The position numbers were made by a program, and so were the translations under genes. A stretch of DNA of 32,000 nt from Wallemia ichthyophaga EXF-994. Taxonomy: Eukaryota; Fungi; Basidiomycota. The notes under the pieces were generated by a model. It worked only from the letters and a program-made list of their open reading frames with translations, did no database searches and was not told the DNA's origin. The stretch spans positions 90,001 to 122,000 of the forward strand of contig NW_008806288.1 of assembly GCF_000400465.1 (NCBI RefSeq). The letters run 5' to 3'. Each line of letters opens with the position of its first letter. The stretch's first letter is position 1. This document shows, piece after piece, positions 10,401 through 20,865 of the stretch.

Positions 10401-11701
10401 CCAGTTCAATCCCTTCAATTGGTAGTCTTTCAACTCTGCATCAAGCAGCTTCGGCTGGCCTACTTCGACAGAGTCATCACCGAGGTTGGGGTTTTGGAAA
10501 TTGAGCTCGTCATCAGCATCAGCATTTTGCTCAGCTTCTGGTGGTACTTCAACACCCATCTCTTTAGCTTTTTGGATAGCCTCATTTTTGCGCCTATCCT
10601 CAGCAGCTACTTTGTCAAATTGAGTCGCTTTGTCGCGCGTGTTAAGCCATGCTTGTTGAGCATTCTTGGCAGCGTGCATGCGTAAATTGCTTTCGTCGGC
10701 TGTAAGGATAGTGTCAGAAGGAGTTAGCAGAAGTTTAGACCATACTGACCATCATCGTAGTCAATATCTTGCAAATTACTCTCTTCAAACTTGTCAAAGT
10801 CGAATGAAGGTGGTTGAATAGGAGCGCTCTCGAGATTAGGATCAGCGGCGGTATCATTCGATTTCTCAGCCTCGTCAGTCTTGATTTTGTTACCGACAAA
10901 GTGGGAGTATAATTCAGTTTGGGTGATAAGGAAATTAAGTTTACGCTGTTGGCGTTGACTTTCTCTACTCTGTTCTTCAGCTCTTGCTTTATCGTAAGCA
11001 TCTCTATCAGCCTTACGACGGACATCACGTTCATCTTTCTCGTTCCTGCGCCAATGAAAGAGAACTTCACGCATCACCTTCTTAGCCTTGGCTTGAATTT
11101 CTTTGTTGTTTTTAGTTGTACGAGTTGTAAGCTTGCGTTGCTCTCTTTGAGTGAGTAGAGATATCCGCTTGTGGAAAGATAAGTGGGAAGTGTGTGCAGC
11201 AGTAGCGTATTTGTGTACTCTTGGGATCTCTTTGCGCGATATGTGCAACCAGATAGCGTTTTGGGCATCTTGGACGTGTTTGGCGCGTTGTAAAGCTGTT
11301 GTAGGAAGACAAAAGTCAGGGTCTAAGCCTTGGTATTCGGGGACGAGGGAGATAGGATCTGGAGGAGGAGAAGGGGAAGGTAAACGCATCTTCTTTGGTT
11401 GTATGATTTGAGTGTCAAGGGAATCGTTTGCGTCATCAATGTCGAGTGAGTCTGGAGTTTCGTGAGCATCGTGTAGGCTGAGTTTCCTTTTGTTTTGATG
11501 ATGTTGATGATGGCTGTTGTGGTTCAAAGAGCGCTCTTGAGATATTCTAGAGGAGTGAAGGTTGGTGAGATTCGATTGTAGCTCAGAGTGCTTTGAATTG
11601 AGAGAGTTGAGTCTATCAAAGTTAAAAGAATTCTGTATAAAGTGTTGATGTGAGTATAAATTTGATTTTAATTCATTTAATTTATTATAATTTATATTCA
11701 T
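7460..11701 (-). CDS. INO80: INO80 chromatin-remodelling ATPase (SNF2 family); true 5' end uncertain
   Basis: DBINO region ([19 protein letters not shown]), [45 protein letters not shown], large insertion, [33 protein letters not shown]. Introns 10700-10749, 9073-9120, 8316-8367. Confidence 0.95.
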
Positions 11702-12737
11702 TTTTTATTCCTGGGTTGATTGTTTTTATCTACGATTCTCACAAATTCGTAGATTCGACTTTGGCTGCTATTCACTACATTTTTCATTGATGCGGATGTT
11801 TTGCGGTGGGAGTACGTTGGATAGAATTCCCAATTGAATGGACTACTACGAAGTACTTTATACGCGCATCCTTTCTTTTCTTTTTTCCCCTTTGCCGTTG
11901 ATGGCTGTCCTGGCAATTCTGGCAACTCTATCGGAGGATTCTTAGCTAAACCTGTAACGTTCCATAAATTATACGGCTTTGACTCTTTAAGGGTTATCAT
12001 CACTACACCCTCTCTTGTCTTGTCTTCACCTTCGTCCTCACTCTCCTCGCCCTTCTTCTTCTTGAAATTATAATCCACATCCCCTGACGTCAGGTACTCA
12101 CTCGCAGAAGCAAAGAATCTAAGTATCAGCGTTTGATTAGCTATCACATTCCTATCCTGATCCTTTATACCGAGTCCTGTTTTCATTTTAGTGTGTTCCT
12201 GATAAATATGTACTTTACCCTACCTAGATGTGGAAATCCAAAGTATATCTTGTGAAATTTATTTCCTTCAAGTTCTTTACACTTATCGAGACACGTTGCA
12301 TCCACTCCAAATATTATCCTTACTCCTTTGCTCGTAAGTGTCTTCACTATCTCCTCACAGTCATCGTACTTTTTGTACGCTTCCTTGGGGGTGATTCTGA
12401 GTATTTGATGCCTTCCTCACAGCCCAACTCACCTCCTGTGTATCTACCGTTGTGCTCACCAACTGACCACACTCGAATTGATGATCTACAACCAACGATA
12501 GAGTGAATGAGAAGTTTCCTTGAATCGTTATTGATTTGAATGGTTTGTGCTTATATCTAGCTCACCTTCTCCCACCAATAACACATAATCATCCCCTCGG
12601 AACGGCAACTTAACTGGTTTTGTAGATACTTTTACCTTTTCCTTCTTCTTCTCCAATGCTTTATGCTGCTGCTTGATAGCCTGATTAGACTTGTGTCTCT
12701 CTAGACTCGATTTCAAGTTGCTGTTCTTTTTACCCAT
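11698..12737 (-). CDS. BMT5: 25S rRNA (uridine-N3)-methyltransferase BMT5-like, DUF2431
   Basis: Introns 12519-12565, 12384-12432 and 12177-12223 join [15 protein letters not shown]...IFGVDAT...[30 protein letters not shown]...[14 protein letters not shown]...YPTYSHRKT, characteristic DUF2431 motifs. TGA at 11698-11700. Confidence 0.85.
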
Positions 12738-12959
12738 CGTTGTTGCAACTCGACTATCAACTCATGTAATATATCACCGGAGATTGGATAATATCGATTA
12801 TTGATTAGTACTGATGTTGTTTTGTTGTCTATGCCGCTAAACCATCTCAAACAAGCTCTATAAGTGCAAATTTGTCCAAGTAAATCTGGTGGCTGGGCGT
12901 GCCTTGTTGATAAGGCTATAATGGCGTCTATGTTCCTTCTTATCACAGCTTATGACACC

Positions 12960-12974
12960 TTTTTTTTTTTTTTT
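12960..12974 (+). repeat. T15 homopolymer in the divergent intergenic region
   Basis: 15 consecutive T, the longest homopolymer I saw in the window. Confidence 0.9.
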
Positions 12975-13948
12975 GGAAAAGACTAAAGACTCTTTATGCC
13001 AGTGTCTCGCTGGATAGATATACACATGAATATGATTGAAGTTGCAGCTAATGTACATTATGAGGGTAGTTTGAGGTATTCAAGTTGTTCTAACGTATCA
13101 TGAGATCGCTGTTGATTTATCAAAGTGAATCATTCTCATTGGCAGATGCAAGAAGAACATAAATACGCCGATAGTTTCTCTTCAGAAGTGCTCCGCCTAC
13201 TTGGACGTGAACAGTGATAAGCGCAGCGTACTTAACGCCTCTTTGATCGCTGATTGGATAGTCAATCAAGGCGAACAAAGGTCAAACAAAGCCAATTGAT
13301 GTGATGTAGAGGGGATGTAAATGGTTTCAACTAATCTCAGATTTTTAAACACGCTCTCACGCAGCAGCAACCATCATCAATACCCACACAGCCGTGTTGA
13401 AAGCCACACCATTCTTGGACTGTCTTTCTTGGAACAAATAGTGGCTGCGAAATGATGCCATCATCTAGGCGAAATCCCCGCGACGCTCAATCTCAGCCGC
13501 CTCACCTACGTCCAATCAGTGTGTGTGACGGACCACTGTGCCGATTTGGTGTATCGCTCATCCACACTTAGCGCAACAAGAGCAACCAAGGAGCACCCAA
13601 GTATTTTATGGCCGTTTTAGTCGAGTGCGTGCGCTTGGTGCCCAGTGCCTTGTCTTTAGGCGTATGCTCAGCGCTAAGACTGACGATTTGGCAGAATCAT
13701 CGAAAGTGCTACTTGCGGTGTCGAATTCTGTTGTGCAAAGCGACATGGGATAATGTTTGACAGAGTGGGTTTAAATTTTGGTTGATAGGCTGGGCATAAT
13801 CCTCCATACTCACAAGCAATCAAGTCAAACGAGGTATGTGTGTCATAGCTAGCTTACACACTCACCCACTCGCCCGACAGGCACTCATGATCACTCTCCT
13901 CAGCAACTTCGACGCTAAGAAGGATCCAATGGCTAGCTTCCTCCGCCA

Positions 13949-15052
13949 ATGCCAAAACCACCTCGTCGTGAGCACCTTCCAATCGCCATTCTGCATCCGC
14001 TAAACATCTCAAAGTCAGCTTCGTTTTGCGATTCTGGTCAATGCGTTAGAAAACGCAACATCAAACAGAAACCGAGCTATAGGAGCATCGATATCATGTT
14101 CAAGTTTCCCCGTTCCCTCAATTTGATGAGTTTAGAAGGGGTGCGTGACTGTATGATAGCTTTGAGTCGATCGCAGCTGACAGATGCACCATGCATCATT
14201 CAGAGGAATAAAGTACTCTGCTTAAAGTCTGGCACCACTAGAGCTCCAGAAGACCAAGGTCGCTCGCTCCTCACCAAGCAAGCACGCCAGAGTCGGATGG
14301 AGAAAGAGAAAGTCAAGGAGAAGGAAAAGAAGAATGACGGTATTTGTATTAGCCCAAGTGCTTCAGATATGGGTAAAGGCAAATTTAAGGTTTGGGAGGA
14401 TGTTCCGGAGGTGGACGCACCTGGTTTACCCACTCTGCCACATGATAGCTCAGATCTTTCTGAACCTCCCTTGCCTTCCATCCCCAGTTATTCCAAAGGT
14501 AAGAAGAAGCAGGATCAGAAGCAGAAACAACCAAACAACTTCCGTAGGAGGGTAGAAGCAGAATTTGAGCGTAGAAGAGCAGCTGCAGAACCAGACGATC
14601 ATGAAGCCATGTTCAATCACGCACTCGCTCCTGACATTGAAAGTCTCGGTGTGACGATAAGTGAGGAAGATTCCGCACGACAACTTGCTCGGTTGCTGCG
14701 TGTTTTAAACTCAAACACACTCTACGACGACGGCAGCTGTGTATTTGGGAGTAGGGTAGTGGATAACCTAGAGAATGTAGCTGAGAGCGTTGATATGATG
14801 ACGCGGGTGCCGTCATCGTATTTGCCTCATATGTCAGCACCTATTTGGGACAGCTCACTCGGTTTATTTCCAGATACAGGTACGTATGATGAATATGATA
14901 ACTACCATAACACGGGCTTGGATGATATTTGGGAGGATATTATGCTCACCAGATACGGTGGCGATGGCTTTCAGACGCAGATAATAACGAGACAGCAACG
15001 CAGAGAGACGGCGAGGACGGGTACACCAACCACGCCGTTTTACTTTTTTTGA
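13949..15052 (+). CDS. Hypothetical protein, no family recognised; start may be 13949 or 14369, possible in-frame intron 14141-14203
   Basis: 367-codon open frame. Charged segments (EKEKVKEKEKK, RRRVEAEFERRR) look coding. GTGCGT..CTGAC..CAG element is in frame. Confidence 0.6.
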   Translation: MPKPPRREHLPIAILHPLNISKSASFCDSGQCVRKRNIKQKPSYRSIDIMFKFPRSLNLMSLEGVRDCMIALSRSQLTDAPCIIQRNKVLCLKSGTTRAPEDQGRSLLTKQARQSRMEKEKVKEKEKKNDGICISPSASDMGKGKFKVWEDVPEVDAPGLPTLPHDSSDLSEPPLPSIPSYSKGKKKQDQKQKQPNNFRRRVEAEFERRRAAAEPDDHEAMFNHALAPDIESLGVTISEEDSARQLARLLRVLNSNTLYDDGSCVFGSRVVDNLENVAESVDMMTRVPSSYLPHMSAPIWDSSLGLFPDTGTYDEYDNYHNTGLDDIWEDIMLTRYGGDGFQTQIITRQQRRETARTGTPTTPFYFF

Positions 15053-15179
15053 ATTAGCATACCAAATGGCAAAATAGCATATCAAATAGACATTTTAGCA
15101 CAGTTTAGCAATGTAATAACACAGTAATTGATTTCATTATTTTCTACAACCTACGTCATTCTCTTCAACTAAATCAGTC

Positions 15180-16024
15180 ATGAGTGTCGAAACCAGCTCA
15201 AGCGATAGACCGCCAATCAGCAATCCACGTCTGACGAGACCATCGCCATACAAGCCGCAGCGCGTCTGCGTGTTCAATGTACCTGACCTTAGCGAGTTTC
15301 CAAAGTTACGAGAATGGGGAATATACTTGGCGGGGATGTTATTTGCATCTGGCTGGTGGTTTTTCTTTGACGCTGCCATCATCTCCAAGCACACGAAGCC
15401 AGGTAGGGTGGGGTGACACAGCACACAGCACACACTCACACGGTGCAGACAACCCATTGGAGGATGTACCCGTAAGGATCGGATTTGTGGACTACGTACC
15501 AGCCATTCTGTCTACTCTGGGGATGATTATTGTCAGCTTGATCAACAAGGCGCAGGTGAGTTTGTTATCGACCGACGCACTGCCATCTCACGCAAGCTTA
15601 GATCTCTCGAGAGAACGACGAGCCAGACGCATGGAGAGCACGCTGCTGGCTCTTTGTGGGATTCGCATTGCTAGCGGGTGGATTAGCGGGTAGTGTAGTG
15701 AGTATATGGATGGTGTGCGGTGTATAGTATGCATGCTCAACCACACACAGAGTCTCCTGATCCTCAAATACGTAGTGCCGGAATACCCGAGCCATTTCGT
15801 TGCGTATGGGTGCGTTCACTCGCGATATTCACCCACAAACCACTAATCATGTAACCGCGTACCAATAGCATCGCTGCAGTTGTACAAAACGTCGCTATCA
15901 TGCTCTCGACGATACTCACCTGGGTAATTGTCCCGGGAACTTACGAATGTGAGTGGGGTTTTCCGCCGTACTTGACGCTAAGGCTAAGGCTAACAAAACA
16001 CCTTCAGACAACCTGACCGTTTGA
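15180..16024 (+). CDS. VPS68: Vacuolar protein sorting Vps68 / TMEM50 family
   Basis: GIYLAGMLFASGWWFFFDAAII, FVDYVPAILSTLGMIIVSLINK, WRARCWLFVGFALLAGGLAGS, ending EYNLTV*. Five GT-AG introns join in frame. Confidence 0.9.
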
Positions 16025-16131
16025 GAGCGCCATTCAACAATTTGTATGCTTCACAATTGATATAATTAAACAGAATTTACTCTGCAAACGACATGTCGTA
16101 ATGATGTCACTCCTCCTGCTTTCTCACTCCG

Positions 16132-16695
16132 ATGTTTGGTTGTATAGCCGCTGGTAGACTCGTGCAGACGGATCTGCAGCAGATAGATGAGACGCATTTT
16201 ACATTCAGCCTGAGCAAGCCAGAGGAGCTTAACCATGTCGTTATCTTCCTCACTGGCCAGGTCGCTTTCCCAGATGGAATTGGCGCTACGGTGCACTTCC
16301 TCTTCCCTGGCTACGAAAAAGGCTGGCAACTGCTAGGAAAAGTGAGCAACGAGAAGCCATCAGCTATTTTCAGACTGAGGGGGAGTGCGATCCCGTCAAA
16401 ACTTAGCTCGAATACACTCAACACTGTAAACAACAACAATACTCAAGCTATTATTGGTATTTCTGTTGAACCTATAAATCAAGTCGATAGCCAGACTATG
16501 GCTCTCACTCCTGCCAACACCGTCGCTAGCAAATCGAACGAATCGCAGGAAGTCGCAAAGAGAATGTTAGAGAATCTCTTCGACTTCTTGTCCGGTTTTG
16601 CACACGTCGGTCCAGAAACACTCATCCCATTGTCTACGCTTCAGCAGTGGTACAACAAGGTGCTCACAAAGTTACAGAATGGCGGAAGTATATAG
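16132..16695 (+). CDS. OPI10: Hikeshi/OPI10 family (DUF775) Hsp70 nuclear import carrier
   Basis: MFGCIAAGRLVQTD, NHVVIFLTG, WQLLGKVSNEKPSAIFRL, IGISVEP, QQWYNK. Confidence 0.88.
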   Translation: MFGCIAAGRLVQTDLQQIDETHFTFSLSKPEELNHVVIFLTGQVAFPDGIGATVHFLFPGYEKGWQLLGKVSNEKPSAIFRLRGSAIPSKLSSNTLNTVNNNNTQAIIGISVEPINQVDSQTMALTPANTVASKSNESQEVAKRMLENLFDFLSGFAHVGPETLIPLSTLQQWYNKVLTKLQNGGSI

Positions 16696-16889
16696 AGTTT
16701 TACAAGAAATAACCAATGAAAGTATATAGAATATTACTATAAACATAGCTATTTGCAACACACTACTTGCACAGTAAATTGATTACAAATCATAAATCCC
16801 AGTTGAATGATACAGAAAAAGATACATTTTAAACAATTTTAAACGTTTTGAGGTATGCGACTATGTTGAAAGCTGCGTGTGTACTAAAT

Positions 16890-19279
16890 TTAGTAGTTCT
16901 CTCTTGCCCACTTGGCGGCAGCAACCAAGTTGAGCAATGAAGCCTTAGTCTCAGCCCAGTGACGAGTCTGTAAGACATTAGTAAACACCTTAAAAATAAT
17001 ACTCAACTCACCTTCAAACCACAGTCTGGGTTAATAATAAGCTTGTCTGCTGGAATAAGCTTGAGCATATCAGTGATACGTTGCTTCATCTCCTCAAGAG
17101 GTGGAACACGTGGAGAGTGGATATCCCAAACACCTGGACCGATCTCATTCGAGTAGTCATTGTCTTGGAATGCCTTCAACAACTTCATGTCACTCTTTGA
17201 AGCTTCAATCGAGATGACATCAGCGTCGAGTGCCTTGATAGATGAGAAGATATCATTAAAGTCTGAGTAACAGAAGTGAGAGTGGGTTTGAGTACCATCT
17301 TCAACACCTGAAGTTGACAATCTGAAAGAGTCAACGGCCCATTGGAGGTATGGAGCCCAATCGCCTTGTCTTAATGGCATACCTTCTCTGATAGCTGGCT
17401 CATCAACTTGGATAGCCTTGATACCTGCCTTTTCAAGGTCAACAACCTCATCACGTAATGCCAATGCAATTTGCTTGGATTGGATCTCCTTGCTGACATC
17501 AGCACGTGGGAATGACCAAGCGAGGATGGTGACTGGACCAGTAAGCATACCCTTCATTGGCTTAGAAGAAACTTCTTGCGAATACTTGGACCATCTAACA
17601 GTCATTGGTGATGGTCTAGAGACATCAGACACAATGATTGGTGGACGAACGTAACGGGAACCGTATGATTGAACCCATCCCATGGTGGTGAAGGCAACAC
17701 CCTCTAATTGCTCACCAAAGTATTGAACCATATCGTTACGCTCTGGCTCACCGTGAACAAGCAAGTCCAAGTCCATCTCCTCTTGGACCTTAACAACTTG
17801 TTGAATTTCCTTGGCAATAAAGTCGTCGTACTCTTGCTCAGTGATCTCACCCTTAGTGAAACGTTGACGAGCGATACGAATTTCCTGAGTTTGTGGGAAT
17901 GATCCAATGGTGGTGGTTGGGAATTTTGGCAAGTTAATCTTGACACGTTGAGCTTCACGACGGACTGGGAATGGGTTCTTTCTCTTCAACATTTCTGGAG
18001 TGATGTTTGCGACACGGTTGCGAACGGTGTCATTTGATTGAGTCTCAAAGTCACGACGACGCTTGATAGAAGCCTTGTTTTCTTCCAAGGCTTGCTTGTC
18101 TTCAGATGAGACTTGAGCGTTTGAGGCGCGACCGAGCAAAGCAATCTCGTTAACCTTTTGCCTGGCGAAGGAGAACCAGTCCTTAATTTCAGGCTTAAGC
18201 TTCTTCTCGTTGTTCAAGTCAACTGGAGTGTGAAGCAAGGTAGATGATGAGGCGACCATGACTCTGTCAGCACCGAGAGCATCAGTAGCCTTCTTGACGA
18301 AACGTTGAGCATCTTCGAGATCAGTTTTCCAGATGTTACGACCAGAAACGACACCGAGAGAGACGGCGGTCTTCTTGTCCTTGATAGCGTTGAGGATAGC
18401 ATCGAGTTGAGCAGGCTCACGGTCGAGATCAGCGTGAATAGCGGCAACAGGAAGATCCTTGACGTATTCGAGGTTGGAGTCTAAGCGACCGTAGTAAGAA
18501 GCGAGGGTGACAGCAGGGCCAGCAGGACCGAGCTTAGCGTAAGCAGACTTGAATTGAGCAGCGAGCGGAGCAGCCTTGTCAAGAACGAGAATAGGTTCAT
18601 CGATTTGAACAGATTGAGCGCCAGCAGCCTTGAGGTCTTTGAGGATTTCCTCGTAAACAGGCACAAGTTTGTCGAGGAGGCTGATTGGTTCAAAGCCAGG
18701 AGAGGCATCACGTGCAGCCTTACCGAGAAGGAGGAAGGAAATAGGACCGAGAAGAACAGGACGAGTTTCAACGCCAGCGTTCTTAGCCTCCTTGTACTCG
18801 TCAACAATCTTCTTGGTGCGGTATTGGAATTTGGTGTTCTCAGAGAGTTCAGGAACAATGTAGTGGTAGTTTGAGTCAAACCACTTTTTCATTTCCATTG
18901 CGGCTTCGTCGACAGCGCCAACTTGACGACCACGACCCATAGCGAAGAAAGTGTCGAGGTCAGTGAGGTTGTGGCGTGAGTAACGCTCAGGAGTAGCACC
19001 AAGGAATTGGATATGGTCAAGTACGTGGTCGTAGAAAGTGAAATCACCCGATGGAACGTGGGTGATACCAGCATTCTTCATGTATTGCCAGTTCTTGTTC
19101 CTAGTCTCTTTACCTGCTTGGATAACAGCTTCTGCGTCTGATTTTCCACCCCAATAAGCTTCGACAGCCTTCTTGATTTCTCTGTTGGCACCGATACGTG
19201 GGAATCTAAGGAGAGCGTTAGAATGGCTATGTACTACTCAACCCAATACGCACCCGAGTACTGATGATTCTACACTCAT
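16890..19279 (-). CDS. MET6: Cobalamin-independent methionine synthase
   Basis: VLG-FPRIGANRE after intron 1, MKKWFDSNYHYIVPE, PTTTIGSFPQT, VHGEPERNDMV, Zn-ligand motifs THSHFCYS and NPDCGLK-TR. Strong codon bias consistent with high expression. Confidence 0.97.
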
Positions 19280-19639
19280 TTTTTTGTTTATATGGTTGAG
19301 CGTAAAGAAGTTTTCTTGCGCTGAGGAGATTTATAAAATTTGATAACAATCACATCAGCTAATTATTGCATTGCATATGAGGTGTTAGAAAGTATTTGTA
19401 TATATCCATCTCGCTGTATTTGTTATACTTGGCTGTCCCTCCGTCTCAATCAGATTCATCAACGTTTTCTAAGATATAGCAGCTGTAATCAGTAAAATTG
19501 AGTAATTGTTGAAATTTAAGGTTGGTTGGTTGATTGAGATAGAGCGTTGATCGTTATAGCCCCAAATAACGTCGCGTCTGACTGGTGTGGTATGTCTAAG
19601 TTTATAGTCTTTAAATACATTCACATCAAATGGTACCTT

Positions 19640-19978
19640 CTAAAAATCAGTCGCTCTACCACCGTATGTCCATTCAGATTGCCAGCGTAGAGGTTCACGC
19701 TTTGGTCCACCGACTTCACCCGTTTGCGGGTTTACTTGTCCATCAAACTCAGTACGCTTAGCCTCTCTGACGGCATCTTTATGTAAATCATTATCATTTC
19801 CAGATAGACTTGAAGTCTCTGCATCCTTTCGTAGCCTTTCAAATTCACGTTGTTCTTCAGGTGGCAATAGTGGTGGACTGGCTTTGTTGAAGTTGCTCGA
19901 AAGCCTTATGTGCTTCGTGTGTGTCGTTTGCGTCATTTGCTTTAAAATGGCTTTCAATCCACTCGACCTTTTAAACAT
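19640..19978 (-). CDS. SDH8: Succinate dehydrogenase assembly factor 4 (SDHAF4/Sdh8, DUF1674)
   Basis: Basic presequence-like N-terminus; C-terminal NPQTGEVGGPKREPLRWQSEWTYGGRATDF. Confidence 0.9.
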   Translation of the reverse strand: MFKRSSGLKAILKQMTQTTHTKHIRLSSNFNKASPPLLPPEEQREFERLRKDAETSSLSGNDNDLHKDAVREAKRTEFDGQVNPQTGEVGGPKREPLRWQSEWTYGGRATDF

Positions 19979-20087
19979 AGCTGTAGTTGGCTAGAGGCAA
20001 GCCCCCAACGTCATAGAATGATACAATAAATAAATCAAATGAGAATTTGTACATTTATCACTTTTACTTTGTGTTTCCTGTATTATC

Positions 20088-20784
20088 CTAGTATCCTCCG
20101 CGTCCTCTACCGCCTCTGAATCCTGTTATTCTATTAGCACCGTTAAATCAATCTTAAAGGATAACTCACCACCACCTCTTCCACCGCCTCTAAATCCACC
20201 ACCGCCTCTTGGTGCACCACGGCCTCTACCGCCGAATCCACCTCTTGCACCACCTCTAGCACCACCTCTACCACCACGTGCTGGTTTCGCAACCTTTGCA
20301 CCTTCAGTCTTTGGTTTTGGAAGGAATCTTTCAATAGGGAGAAGCTTATCGGAACCAATGAAAACTTTATCTCCCTTTTTAAATGAAGTTGCGACCATTC
20401 CTTCCTGCATTTTGATTGTAAAGTAAACTTCGTTGATTGGTCCAAGAATTTCATCTACTTTTCCAATTTGATTCTTGTTTTGAAGGTAGATTGGTGCATT
20501 AAAGTAAGGTACTTTAGCTGCGTTGGTTGAAGAGCATAACATATCAGCTTCAACTGCGTGTTGGAATTCACCCATTTCTTTAATAGAACTTGTAAGCTTG
20601 TAAAATACATGGACAAATTTCGTTCCCACCTAATACTTCGGCTGGTGGTCCTTGTTGGAATCCTCCACCTGGTCTTCCTCCTCTGAATCCTAATCCAATT
20701 TGAGCCAAAGACTCGACCACTTTAATCGCACTCACCACCTCTGCCACCGCCTCTGCCTTGGAAACCGCCGCCTCTGAATGACAT
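20088..20784 (-). CDS. GAR1: H/ACA snoRNP subunit Gar1
   Basis: RGG-rich termini. Core [62 protein letters not shown]. Three short introns. Confidence 0.95.
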
Positions 20785-20865
20785 TTTTACCTCTTGTTGA
20801 GTGTGATAACCAAACGTACGAAGAAGTTTCGCAAAAAATGTAATCAATCAACAACCACCTCAAAA

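Noticed and set aside
12740-12974. T15 run as a Pol III terminator or retrocopy poly(A) tail
   Set aside because: No A/B boxes, no tRNA/5S/U6/SRP-like sequence and no target-site duplication recognised.
12947-13850. Short inverted repeat TATGACAC / GTGTCATA flanking the unexplained gap (possible TIRs)
   Set aside because: 8-bp inverted matches are expected by chance over ~1.2 kb; no target-site duplication or transposase remnant seen.
13600-13915. YFMAVLVECVRLVP resembles the cytochrome P450 K-helix ExxR motif and ALMITLLSNFD resembles the L-helix
   Set aside because: No FxxGxRxCxG heme motif or PERF motif in any frame, and the spacing is too short; likely chance.
19360-19475. TGATGA...CTGA pair on the minus strand upstream of MET6 as a C/D snoRNA
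   Set aside because: No terminal stem or recognisable rRNA antisense element; the region is better explained as the MET6 promoter (TATAAA-like sites nearby).
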